Assembly (NCBI GenBank): GCA_044226015.1
Contig: JBGAHS010000005.1
Location: 256,001-320,000, forward strand
Direction: 5' to 3'
Origin: Candidatus Obscuribacteraceae bacterium
GTDB taxonomy: Bacteria > Cyanobacteriota > Vampirovibrionia > Obscuribacterales > Obscuribacteraceae
DNA: 64,000 bases
The notes beneath the pieces are model-generated. The model saw only the letters and a program-made list of their open reading frames with translations. It was not told the origin of the DNA and made no database searches. Below, piece after piece: positions 39,470-49,385 of the stretch (positions within the stretch are counted from its first letter, which is position 1; each line of letters opens with the position of its first letter). A program made the translations under genes and the position numbers.

Positions 39470-39693
39470 GGCTTTGTCCTTCCGATACAGTCGAAGTTCC
39501 ATCTATATCCGCTGCTCGCTAAATTTTACGAGCTTGGCATTGTTTGGCGGCATGATTTTTGTCTTGAATAATTTCATCATCAAGCGTATGCGTCTAATGT
39601 CTAGAGAGAGCATTTGAGTCCGATAAGCAGCCAGCTGCTTGAATCTACAACACTACGGGTATACTTAGCCTGTCGGCTCAGAGGATTTGCAGA

Positions 39694-40263
39694 ATGTCTC
39701 ATGAAGAACTCATCAATCGGCTGATCGAAAAGGTTCAGAAAGAGGGTTTGGCAGAAGACTACCCGCCATTAGATGAAGAAACCGTGGCTGAATGTGAGAA
39801 GGCAATTAACGTAAAGCTTCCTGATCTGGTGCGGCAATTTTATTCTCGTGTTGCGAATGGCTGCGTTATCAACGATTTCATGGTTATGTTGCCGCTTTAT
39901 GATGAGAGCGATACAGAAGAAGATGTGGTGAGTACTTATGTAAGTATGCTCGAAGCTTCGGAAGAGATTATTGAAGACTTTGATGAAGAAGAAGGCGATG
40001 TCCAGCTTGAGTGGATTCCGGGAATGCTCATCATTTGTGACCAGGGGTGCGGAATGCGAACCGTATTAGACTGCAATGACCCTGCCGGAAGAATGGTAGA
40101 AGTCGATTTTGATATGGGTCCTGTGAATTACAAGGAAGAATGGGAGTCTGATACAGGTTACTTCAATCGCCCTGGTGTTTCCTTCGAAGATTGGCTGAAA
40201 GCGTGGCTTGAGGACAAAGCCCTCTCGTCAGGCTCGAACGGCTCGTCCGAGTCGGAAAATTGA
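39694..40263 (+). CDS. SMI1/KNR4 (SUKH) family protein
   Basis: PPLDEETVAECEKAINVKLPDLVRQFYSRVANG, ICDQGCG, SFEDWL; acidic. Confidence 0.85.
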   Translation: MSHEELINRLIEKVQKEGLAEDYPPLDEETVAECEKAINVKLPDLVRQFYSRVANGCVINDFMVMLPLYDESDTEEDVVSTYVSMLEASEEIIEDFDEEEGDVQLEWIPGMLIICDQGCGMRTVLDCNDPAGRMVEVDFDMGPVNYKEEWESDTGYFNRPGVSFEDWLKAWLEDKALSSGSNGSSESEN

Positions 40264-40279
40264 ATAGATACACATGGAG

Positions 40280-40316
40280 AAAAGGTCGAACCGAATTGAA
40301 ACAGGTTCGACCTTTT
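40280..40316. terminator. Bidirectional intrinsic terminator
   Basis: AAAAGGTCGAACC...GGTTCGACCTTTT between convergent genes. Confidence 0.8.
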
Positions 40317-40345
40317 AATTCTAGCGTTCTTAGCGAATCGCTTTT

Positions 40346-41320
40346 CTATTTCGTTTCGCTCGTCAAATCCTGCTGATCACTCACGAAGATTTGTCCATTC
40401 GCGTCGAGGCTCAACTTCAATCGAATGTTGACCGGGGTGGCGAGTTTTGGATCATTAGCATTGGTCATTTGTGCATGGACATCTACCTGCACGTTGCTCT
40501 CATCAAGACGTTCTTGCTTCATTTCGGTAATCAAAATGTTTGCGCCTTGTGGTGCTTTTGCCAGCTGGCGTCTCGACAATGGGAAGTTTGTTTGTGTCCA
40601 ATAACGCTCCATCAGATCAGGAGACATCGCTGCCATCGCTTGAACTTGTGAGATGCGATATGTCTTTGAAGTGAAGTCGAGCATCTTAGCCACAAAGTCT
40701 CTGACGAATCCATCGACTTTCACTCTTTCAAATGGGTCAACTACAGGAGCCACCACCTGTGGTTTTTCAACCAGCTTCATAGCCCCGATACCAGCACCAA
40801 TACCAAGCACAAACACGCTGAGCGCTACGCCTACAATTGGAACCATGAAAGTACGGAGTACAGAAGCGAGCATTAGCTTCATCGGCATCTTGGTCTTGCC
40901 TGAAGCTGGGGATTCTGCAAGGTCCTCTTCTGTGGAAGCTTTCTTGCTTTCGTCCGATTCAAACAGTTTTGATGCTCCGCGTCTTCTACGTGAACTGCGG
41001 GATCGGAATTCTTCAATTAAGGAATCTGATTCAGTCTCTTCGGAGCTCAAACTCGTAGATAATATTCTTGACAATTTGAGCGACTCATCAGGAGTCAGTG
41101 AGACCGAACTGCTCGGCGGTGTGCCAATGTTTCTCTTGATTGAAAGTGCTAATCTATCGCCGATCTTCTTGATAACTACCAGAAATCCTGATTGCGTATC
41201 TACAACACGCTCTGTAGTCGTCGGTGATGTTGCCACCATATCAGGCATATCGAAAATATGTCCGCTGCTGTCTCCTGAGAAAGGAGCTGCCGGTGATGTC
41301 TGGTCTTCAGAGTAACTCAT
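40346..41320 (-). CDS. Bitopic membrane protein of unknown function
   Basis: Start ATG 41320 (RBS GAGGG); single TM (VPIVGVALSVFVLGIGAGIG) between two soluble domains. Confidence 0.8.
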   Translation of the reverse strand: MSYSEDQTSPAAPFSGDSSGHIFDMPDMVATSPTTTERVVDTQSGFLVVIKKIGDRLALSIKRNIGTPPSSSVSLTPDESLKLSRILSTSLSSEETESDSLIEEFRSRSSRRRRGASKLFESDESKKASTEEDLAESPASGKTKMPMKLMLASVLRTFMVPIVGVALSVFVLGIGAGIGAMKLVEKPQVVAPVVDPFERVKVDGFVRDFVAKMLDFTSKTYRISQVQAMAAMSPDLMERYWTQTNFPLSRRQLAKAPQGANILITEMKQERLDESNVQVDVHAQMTNANDPKLATPVNIRLKLSLDANGQIFVSDQQDLTSETK

Positions 41321-41463
41321 AAACCCTCGATTGCCCGTGTGCCGGTGCTTACCCAACCTAACTATACTTTCGTATATCTGGATATTATAAGGGCGATGCA
41401 TCGCATCGCCCCCACAATTTTTATATATTCTCTTGGAATGAGATTAGATCTCACTGCTCGAAT

Positions 41464-42486
41464 TTAGAGATATTCTCTCAGGCGTGAAGATCTGCCTGGC
41501 TGTCTCAGCTTTCTGAGTGCCTTGAATTCGATCTGGCGCACACGTTCGCGAGTAACAGCAAATAGCTGCCCTACTTCTTCAAGTGTACGTTGACGTCCAT
41601 CATCGAGACCGAAGCGCAGGCGAAGCACATCGCGCTCACGTGGTGTGAGTTCGTTGAGCATGCGAGCAAGGTCTTGTCTCAACAGTTCATGAGTAACTGT
41701 TGTTTCTGGACGCTCTGCTTCAGAGTCTTCAATGAAATCACCAAGTCTGGAATCTTCTTCCTTACCGATTGGTGTTTCCAACGAAATTGGTTCTTTTGCA
41801 GCTTTGATGATTTCGTGCAATTTGACGAGTGAAACACCCATCGATTTTGCGAGTTCTTGTTCAGTTGGTTTGCGGTTCAATTCTTGAGCCAACTGACGTG
41901 TAACTTTCTTGAGCTTGTTGATAGTTTCAACCATATGCACCGGAACACGGATGGTGCGCGATTTATCAGCAAGTGCTCTGGTGATTGCTTGACGAATCCA
42001 CCAGGTTGCATATGTGGAGAACTTGTATCCACGCTCATGGTCAAACTTTTCTGCAGCTCTAATCAATCCGAGGTTTCCTTCTTGAATAAGATCGAGGAAG
42101 GACAAACCGCGTCCGATGTATTTTTTAGCGATTGAAACAACGAGTCTCAAGTTGGCTTGTACCAACTTTCTCTTTGCCATCATGTCGCCCTGAAGTATCT
42201 TACGAGCGAGTTCGATTTCTTCATCTGGCTTCAACAGTTGAATACGTCCGATTTCTCGTAGATAGAGTCTGACGGAATCTTCGGTAGCGATTTCACGGCT
42301 GGAAGGCAGCTCTACCGGCTCGTCATCATCGTCTAAATCGTTTTCTTCATCATCAATGATGGTGAAGTTATCGCTTTCATCGAGAAGATCGAGCTCTTCC
42401 AATTCGTTTCTTTTCGCGATGTTCTCGTCTTCGACGAGCATCTGGGTCATACCCTTTTCCGCATCAGTAGCTCTAGATTTTGCCAT
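41464..42486 (-). CDS. sigA: RNA polymerase sigma70 factor, RpoD/SigA type
   Basis: [65 protein letters not shown]. Confidence 0.9.
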   Translation of the reverse strand: MAKSRATDAEKGMTQMLVEDENIAKRNELEELDLLDESDNFTIIDDEENDLDDDDEPVELPSSREIATEDSVRLYLREIGRIQLLKPDEEIELARKILQGDMMAKRKLVQANLRLVVSIAKKYIGRGLSFLDLIQEGNLGLIRAAEKFDHERGYKFSTYATWWIRQAITRALADKSRTIRVPVHMVETINKLKKVTRQLAQELNRKPTEQELAKSMGVSLVKLHEIIKAAKEPISLETPIGKEEDSRLGDFIEDSEAERPETTVTHELLRQDLARMLNELTPRERDVLRLRFGLDDGRQRTLEEVGQLFAVTRERVRQIEFKALRKLRQPGRSSRLREYL

Positions 42487-43190
42487 TGTGTTCCCTCTTA
42501 TAAAATCTGGCCAATGCCAATTTGGCTTCGTAGGTGGTGCGTCGCATCGTGCAACATTTGATATTCAGTTCTCAGATTCGTTTCGGAAGCGCTTTTCTTA
42601 TTTATGGGATCTTCTTGAGATGCTACGAAGCGGGTTTCTCGAGGGAATTTGAATCTGTGTTTTTTGAATTTCAACCTATAGCTCGATAATATGTGCGAGA
42701 AGTGAAAGGGAAGGGTTTCTAAATAGTTCCGTAATGTTTTACTTTGCAACCCTTACACTTATTGCATTTTGGCTTTCCTTGGCAACGCCCGTAATTGAGA
42801 GTATAAGTGCGGGTTTCGGACTGTGCGCGTGCTGTTAAGCTAGATTAATTGAGCGATGAGAGGCGTTTAATAACCCTATCTGATCCGCATGAATACTGCA
42901 TCTTCTTAGATGTAACAAGCTGCTGTTTATCTCATTCTGTGTTATTTTTAAGGACGCTTCAGTCACGAAAAGCAGGATTCTAAGCGGCACTTCAGCTATC
43001 AAACAGATTTGATTCACTGCTTTGTTACCATGATCACATAGCATACATATATAGATGTATGATTTTGCTAGCGCCAGAGAATCCCTAATATAAAGGAATT
43101 GCGGAGGCAAAGCTCACAATTGAGGACTATGCTGAGCGAATAAGTTGTCATGGGGATATAGTTCTTATGTTCATTTTCAGAGGGAGTAAC

Positions 43191-43580
43191 ATGACCAGGA
43201 AACTAGCACCGGTAATTGCAGCATGTCTTTCGTTAGTTACATTGATACCAGCAGCGAAGGCTGAGGATTCAGCCAAAGGTGCCGCGATGATCCCCGTAAG
43301 ACTCGTAGCGTTTGCAGCTGGAGCCGTAGTTGGGACACCGATAGCCGTAGTCCGCTATACCTGCTCCAACACTAAAACAATGAGCGGTCAAATTAGTGGT
43401 GACAACAGCAAGAATCCTTTGCTAAGAGGCACTTGTGCTCTAGCTACGCTTCCTTTTGCTGTGTTCAAAGGTGGTCTTGAAGGAATGTACTATGGCACCG
43501 CAAATAGCTGGTCAAACAGCAGCGAACACCCATTCTCAACTGACTCGTTCAGCCTTGGAGAAATGAAAGACGCTGATTAA
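43191..43580 (+). CDS. Exported/membrane hypothetical protein
   Basis: Signal peptide ending AKA; RBS GAGGGAG; two hydrophobic segments. Confidence 0.75.
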   Translation: MTRKLAPVIAACLSLVTLIPAAKAEDSAKGAAMIPVRLVAFAAGAVVGTPIAVVRYTCSNTKTMSGQISGDNSKNPLLRGTCALATLPFAVFKGGLEGMYYGTANSWSNSSEHPFSTDSFSLGEMKDAD

Positions 43581-43642
43581 TTGGTTTGTTTAGAGTCAGC
43601 TAATAAACTCAGCTGATGATCATCCATATAAAGATCGATAAT

Positions 43643-43679
43643 AGAAAAAGACTCTGCCGTGGTGGCAGAGTCTTTTTCT
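43643..43679. terminator. Bidirectional intrinsic terminator
   Basis: AGAAAAAGACTCTGCC-gtggt-GGCAGAGTCTTTTTCT. Confidence 0.85.
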
Positions 43680-45143
43680 TTATTTCTTTGCGTTCGCTTT
43701 AGTTGCAGCGGTCTGCTTTTCGTTTTTTGCGTCCTGATTATCAGGGTCTAGTGCAATTACTTTGTCAAAACATGCCACAGCGTCTTTGTGTTTATTCATA
43801 GCGACGAAGCATCTTGCTTTACCCATCCACGCCTTTGGAGCTTGCTTGTTATGAATGAGAGCTTTATCAAATGCGATCAGTGCCTGGTCATTCTTTTTAC
43901 CAATTAGCAGGCATTCGCCTTTTTCTGTCCACGCTTCAGAACTTTTCTCATTGATTCTCAGAGCGTAGTTGAAGCAGTAGAGAGCATCGTCATGCTTGCC
44001 TTTCTTTCGTGTCGCAAGCCCTTTCTTGTACCATGCGTCGAAGTGTTTCAAATCAAGCTTAGTGACTCCATCGTATAGCTTGATTGCCTCATCAATGTTG
44101 CCTGCTGATTCAGCTCTTTCAGCCTGGCTCATTGCGTCCTCAATCGATTTGATTTCAGCTGCAGTCTTGACCGGTTCAGCTTTTTTGTTTTGCCCCGTCG
44201 ATTTTACTGCTTTGTTTGATTGCGAGCCTGTTATTGCTTTATTTGATTGTGACGAAGTTGACTTCTTTGTATTGTCTTTAATCTGTGTCTTCGGTTCTGA
44301 TTCCAGTTTTGCAGCCATTGGTTCAGCTTTAGCTAGCTCGTTCTCAAGTTTTTTCGCTACGGCTTCTGCTTTTGCAACTTCAGCTTCAAGACGTGCCACT
44401 ACTTGTTGAGCTTTCTCAACCTTGTCGTCTCCAACATCTGTTGCGGGTGCTGTTTTGTGCTCCGAAAGTATTTTTGCAGCCATCTCTTCTTCGCTGATTT
44501 TGCGCTTTGACTCTGGTGTCGCGTCGAAGGACTGAAACATATCAGACACGCCAGAGGAATCACTTGCGATTACCAGTTTTTCTGAGGTTGGGGCGAGAAA
44601 CTCACGTGCAAGCGCAATCTCTTCAGCCTCTTGCTCGCTCATCGCTTTGTTTTCGGTTGCTTTGTTTTCTGCTGGCTTACTTGCGTCAGCAACGGCTCCG
44701 GCAGTCACTGGAACTGCTTCTGGTGCATCTGTTTTTACAACAACTCCATCGTTAGCGGCGCTCTCTGCAGCAGCTTGGCCAGCTTCGTTGTTTTCTTCCA
44801 TGAATACAGGATTTGTATTTTCCCACCACGCCTCTTGTTGAACTACGCCACCCGTCCAGTTTTCGGCTGGTGTGCCTTTGGGTGGCGGTGGTTCCATGCC
44901 TGGCAACAAATCATTGTCCATCACGATGGGCAAGTCGCTTTCGCGCATCTGTCCATCTGCACTTGTACTGGTATTGATGATAAGGCTGCCGAAAAACACG
45001 CCAACTATGAGGCATACCAGCGCGTAAATCAGAAAGCGAATTTCAGATTGATGTTGATACCACTCATAACCCAACATTGCCATCGCGGCAAATGATGGCA
45101 ACATACATAGCCACCAGAGAATGTGGAGTTTTGCCCTGCTCAT
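43680..45143 (-). CDS. Membrane-anchored TPR protein with low-complexity linker
   Basis: Two N-terminal TMs; C-terminal TPRs (DAWYKKG, EAWTEKG, KAWMGKA). Confidence 0.85.
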   Translation of the reverse strand: MSRAKLHILWWLCMLPSFAAMAMLGYEWYQHQSEIRFLIYALVCLIVGVFFGSLIINTSTSADGQMRESDLPIVMDNDLLPGMEPPPPKGTPAENWTGGVVQQEAWWENTNPVFMEENNEAGQAAAESAANDGVVVKTDAPEAVPVTAGAVADASKPAENKATENKAMSEQEAEEIALAREFLAPTSEKLVIASDSSGVSDMFQSFDATPESKRKISEEEMAAKILSEHKTAPATDVGDDKVEKAQQVVARLEAEVAKAEAVAKKLENELAKAEPMAAKLESEPKTQIKDNTKKSTSSQSNKAITGSQSNKAVKSTGQNKKAEPVKTAAEIKSIEDAMSQAERAESAGNIDEAIKLYDGVTKLDLKHFDAWYKKGLATRKKGKHDDALYCFNYALRINEKSSEAWTEKGECLLIGKKNDQALIAFDKALIHNKQAPKAWMGKARCFVAMNKHKDAVACFDKVIALDPDNQDAKNEKQTAATKANAKK

Positions 45144-45329
45144 AACCTGAATCCCTTCTGCTGGCTTCAGCTAGCACTATAACAATTGCTAGAGTTTATA
45201 TTCCAATAAGTGCAGGGGAATCAACACTTTTACTGCTGCTTGACATTGCGGAACTGTATTAAATTAATACGCTAGTGAACATGACCCATACTGGCGTGCA
45301 TGGGCCACACTAAATTCGAGTTCGAAATC

Positions 45330-45689
45330 CTAGAGCCTGATGGCATCTTGAGCGATTGCTCGGTCGCTGCTGAAATTGACAAGAATTATTATCAGATATG
45401 GCGGTCGACCCTCCTGGGTTTCAAGCCCGCAACCCTCTCGGAAGCCAAGTTCTGCCCCTTCATTCTTGAGAGCTTCATTCAAGGATTCAATCAGCTCATC
45501 GACGGCAAGCAGACCCCCGTGTTCGAAAGCCGATCTGAAAGCTGGAGCGGCCAGGTCACATCGTTCGCTGTAGCGCGTCAGCTGATTAGGAGAAATCTGT
45601 TTGATCCTGGCGTCCACCAGGTAATTAACGTAATCGAGTGTCTGTTTTATCAGCTTCTGATCAATCATGGTTTTAACTTGCATGTTCAA
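45330..45689 (-). CDS. Small hypothetical protein directly downstream of the ~1216-aa gene
   Basis: ORF with GGAG before ATG 45683; co-oriented, ~50 bp gap. Confidence 0.65.
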   Translation of the reverse strand: MNMQVKTMIDQKLIKQTLDYVNYLVDARIKQISPNQLTRYSERCDLAAPAFRSAFEHGGLLAVDELIESLNEALKNEGAELGFREGCGLETQEGRPPYLIIILVNFSSDRAIAQDAIRL

Positions 45690-45734
45690 CTCCGCAATTA
45701 TAGAACCTCATTTTGTGAACGTCTTCCACTTTCA

Positions 45735-48700
45735 TCACCTGTAGCTCCATTGTGGTCGGGGCATTGATTTGTATGTTGGAACCGATGATGAGCTGCGTTC
45801 GCGCACGGCGTTGTATGTTTGTGTTGTGTTAGTCGTGCGTGCAGACTGATTAACCGCGCGTGGTACCACTGTGCCGAGGGCGTCGTTATTGCCGCTTCCC
45901 ACGTATGAGGTTTTGTGCATCAATGCGATTTTGTTGCTGTTCACATTCGTATTGAGGGCATTCTTGTCGCCACGTGCCCAAGCTTCAATATCGGTAATGT
46001 GACCCATGATTTTATCTGAGTCTTCACTGTGTTGGTCGTCTTGAATCAGATACCACTTTCCGTCAACCCTGCGCACTGTTTGAGAGCGCAGGTGTCCAGG
46101 GGTGTAGCTGAGGACGGTGCCTTTTTCAAGCATGCTTTGTGTGTAGTTGTTGTTCAAGAGATGCCCGCTGCTGTGGTCCTGGAACGACCTGTCAACCGGG
46201 AAGTCTCCAGTCACCATGTACATGATGTCTCTGGTTCCACGAGTCCAACCTTGTCCGACTAGATTTGCAGTTTCATACAGTCCGCCATCCACGTCAAACT
46301 CACGGCGAGAGCCTGAGAGTATTGGAAGTGTGTAGTCAAATATCTTGCTGACAGGGCTGCGGTCGCCCCATATTTGTGTTTTGAAATTGCCTTCGTCTCT
46401 CCATTCAGTTGTGGCAGTTTCTATCGTCCACTTGCTCTCTTGTTTGTTACCTGTGAAGGAGAGCAACTTTGGTGAAAACGTGTATGTGAGTGGTTTGGCG
46501 TCCTTCTCGCCGCTATTCTTTGTGGTGTAGGAACCATTCAATGTGACTTGTTTGAGATAATCAGCCATTGCACCGGGGTGCTGGGTCATCCCCCAGATTT
46601 GTCCGGATTCTATCCAACATGTGCCGTGTCCATTCGGGTCTTTGTCAGATGCAGGACCCTGGTCGATGCAGGTGGGCTCCATCGCGTTGAACATGAAGTT
46701 TTCCGCGAGTTTGACACGTGTCTTCTGGTCGAAGAAAGTGTTCTCGTTGCCTGTGGCTACCATTTGCCTGATGCTGTCGTAGGTGCCCTGAACTTCTTTA
46801 GTAGTTTCGTCATCGATGAATTCTGACGACTTCACTTTCGCCAGCTTTCGCATGTAGGCGCGGTCGGCCATGCGATTTTCAAAGTTCTTCATCATGGTTT
46901 CCATTCGCTTGAAGTTAGCTTCAGGAAGTTTGTCTTTCAATTCCTCAAGTAGACCTTCGCGAGCCTCTTCAACACTTTCTGACAGTGCACCGTCGCCACC
47001 ATCACCGCCACCAAGTCTTGCAACGCGATCTTTTCCGCCATCTTTGTTTTTGTATGTGTATTCACCGCTTCCATCCGGCGAAAGTTTTACGTTTTCTCTG
47101 ACTTTGGGTTTGCCATCTGAGCCCAGTGTGATGAAGTCATTGCTGGTGCCGCTCTTGCGAGACCAGCTTTCTGTCTTGTCTCCCTTGCTGCCTTTTTTGA
47201 CATCGATTATTTCAACCGGGGCCTTATTTGGACCTTCACTATCATAGCGGAATGTTCTTACGTCGCCACGAGGGTTGATCACTTTAAGCGGCGATCCATC
47301 TTTATCTCTAGTCACGCTATTGAAGTTAGCTTGCTCAAGTGTACTTGAGCCGTCCTTGCGCTTGATACTGATGTCACCATCTTTGCTGATATCAACTGAG
47401 CTAATGTCGTCACCGGGTTTGCGGTCAAGCACTGCTCTTTTGGAATCTTTGTTTTCATCAGTGATGCGATTTATGCTGCCGTCAGCATTGCGCTCGATGT
47501 TTCTTACAGAATTGCCCTTAGTAATGCGGTCAATTTGTTGCCGGTCATTCAGTTCTAACTGCACTCCATCTTTTCGAGTGATAGATTCTTTTCCATCAGG
47601 GCGAATCGAATGGCGACTTCCATCTTCAGCTGTGAAGGAGACCTCACATTTTTCATTTATAGAAACGTCCTTTTTCACGCCGGGGAAACGTGCTGAGTCA
47701 GACTTCCAGCTTTCGCCTTCTTTTGTCCAGGAGGTGCGTTCACCCGTGCGCGGATTGTTGACCGAAATTTTGCTGTCGGAAATTTCGGCTGAAGTACCGT
47801 CTTTCGAAAGTGCCTTCACCAATTTTCCATCCGAATAGGACAGTCTCGAGCCGTCATTTCCAATCTGGTCGCGCGTGACTTTTCCATCTGGCCACATCGT
47901 GTACCAGCGGCCATCTTTGTCAGCCTCTTGAACCGAGTTGCCCTCTGGCTTGTAGGAGTAAATTCCTCCTGCACCAAGTTTGATGTCTCCGTTCCAGATT
48001 TGTCCGTTGTCAGTTCTCCAGGAGTTAGAGCCTTCTTTGTCTCTGGTAAATGAGCTGCTTGTATTTTTGTCCAGATCTTTTACTGTGGCTTTCTTGATTT
48101 CATTACTGTTATCGAAGTACTCGAATTCACGTACTTTTTTACCGTAATCGATTGATTTGATCCTGTTCTTATCATCCAGCTGAATTTTGGCTGACCCTTC
48201 TCCCTGAACGTTGAGGCTGCCATCTCCGTTGAGTACAAACTTGAGTTTGTCTGGACCATCCCAGCTTGTCACTCCATTGGTATCAACCTTGAAATTGCTT
48301 CGCTTTTGAGCAGGCTGACCATCGCTGACCCAGTTACTATCATCGGTTTTTTTCCAAGTGATGCTGCGATTGCTGTTAGGAAGCGTTTCTATCATCTGCT
48401 TTCCATCTTCAGAAACTTGGATGCTAGAGCCATCTTTTCTGGTGAGCTTTTCTACCTGATTGTTGTTGTAGAAAGCCATTCTCGAACCATCTGGCAGATT
48501 CTTCTCTTGAACTGAACTGCCGTCTGGTTTCTCACGTCGAAACACACCGTTTTGCATCTCGAAGCTTACTTCACCGCGGTCATTTGCTTCAATTTTGCCG
48601 GGCATTTGTAGTTCCATGCCCTGAACTCTGGCATACCATTGATCGCCTTTGCGGACCATGTGCATGGTGCCACTCTGGTCTTTAGTAATGATTTCCTGCG

Positions 48701-49385
48701 CACGCCCGTCGGAACCCATGATCAGATCACGAGTTTTTGTGCTGTTCGGATATTCAATGTGTATCTTGTTTCCATCTCTTGTGATGGGAGCTTTGGCTTG
48801 CTCTGCTGATGATTGTTCTTTTTCAGCCTTGTCCTGCGTGCGCGGAGTTTCAGCTGCTGGTTCTTCTAACTCTGAATGAAATTCTGCATTGTCTTCGGCT
48901 TCAGGCTTGACCTTCTTCTCTTCAGGTTTTTCGTTAGGAGACTTGTCGAACTTGCCTATTTTGAGATCTGGCAGCTGTGCGAAGTTGCTGAAGTTATAAC
49001 TGGTCAAGTAATCATATGGTTTGTCCTTTGGCTTGCTTGCATCGGTGGTCGAAGGTTCTGTCTTTGCAGCATCGGCTCTCGTTTCTACCTTCTTGCCATT
49101 GTCTGCGGTGGCATCAGACTTTGGAAAGCTGCCTGGAGGGCGCAACCACGCAGGAGTTGAGCTCAGGTCAGTAATTTGCGCCTGCAATCTTGGTCCGAAT
49201 ATCTCCGAATGCATTTTCAAATATGACCCTTTGAACGGGTCACTTGCAGCAGCATCAGATTTGGTGTCGCTGCTACGCTCGACGTCGCGAGCCGCTGCAG
49301 AAAGCGCATCAGAGCTATCTACCTGCTTTTCCTTGTCTTTATCTTTTTCTTGTGAATCGTCCTGAAATTCACGATTTTGCGGCAT
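45735..49385 (-). CDS. Giant hypothetical protein: disordered N-terminus, beta-rich repetitive core, C-terminal putative papain/calpain-like Cys protease
   Basis: ATG 49385 after GAGGG; many DGS/DGK turns; IDQG...GTCW, PGHLRS, IQDDQH. Confidence 0.75.
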   Translation of the reverse strand: MPQNREFQDDSQEKDKDKEKQVDSSDALSAAARDVERSSDTKSDAAASDPFKGSYLKMHSEIFGPRLQAQITDLSSTPAWLRPPGSFPKSDATADNGKKVETRADAAKTEPSTTDASKPKDKPYDYLTSYNFSNFAQLPDLKIGKFDKSPNEKPEEKKVKPEAEDNAEFHSELEEPAAETPRTQDKAEKEQSSAEQAKAPITRDGNKIHIEYPNSTKTRDLIMGSDGRAQEIITKDQSGTMHMVRKGDQWYARVQGMELQMPGKIEANDRGEVSFEMQNGVFRREKPDGSSVQEKNLPDGSRMAFYNNNQVEKLTRKDGSSIQVSEDGKQMIETLPNSNRSITWKKTDDSNWVSDGQPAQKRSNFKVDTNGVTSWDGPDKLKFVLNGDGSLNVQGEGSAKIQLDDKNRIKSIDYGKKVREFEYFDNSNEIKKATVKDLDKNTSSSFTRDKEGSNSWRTDNGQIWNGDIKLGAGGIYSYKPEGNSVQEADKDGRWYTMWPDGKVTRDQIGNDGSRLSYSDGKLVKALSKDGTSAEISDSKISVNNPRTGERTSWTKEGESWKSDSARFPGVKKDVSINEKCEVSFTAEDGSRHSIRPDGKESITRKDGVQLELNDRQQIDRITKGNSVRNIERNADGSINRITDENKDSKRAVLDRKPGDDISSVDISKDGDISIKRKDGSSTLEQANFNSVTRDKDGSPLKVINPRGDVRTFRYDSEGPNKAPVEIIDVKKGSKGDKTESWSRKSGTSNDFITLGSDGKPKVRENVKLSPDGSGEYTYKNKDGGKDRVARLGGGDGGDGALSESVEEAREGLLEELKDKLPEANFKRMETMMKNFENRMADRAYMRKLAKVKSSEFIDDETTKEVQGTYDSIRQMVATGNENTFFDQKTRVKLAENFMFNAMEPTCIDQGPASDKDPNGHGTCWIESGQIWGMTQHPGAMADYLKQVTLNGSYTTKNSGEKDAKPLTYTFSPKLLSFTGNKQESKWTIETATTEWRDEGNFKTQIWGDRSPVSKIFDYTLPILSGSRREFDVDGGLYETANLVGQGWTRGTRDIMYMVTGDFPVDRSFQDHSSGHLLNNNYTQSMLEKGTVLSYTPGHLRSQTVRRVDGKWYLIQDDQHSEDSDKIMGHITDIEAWARGDKNALNTNVNSNKIALMHKTSYVGSGNNDALGTVVPRAVNQSARTTNTTQTYNAVRERSSSSVPTYKSMPRPQWSYR

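Noticed and set aside
40653..41315. 220-aa plus-strand ORF (likewise 62867..63652 and other long antisense ORFs)
   Set aside because: Antisense shadows of well-supported genes, with Ser-rich non-protein-like composition
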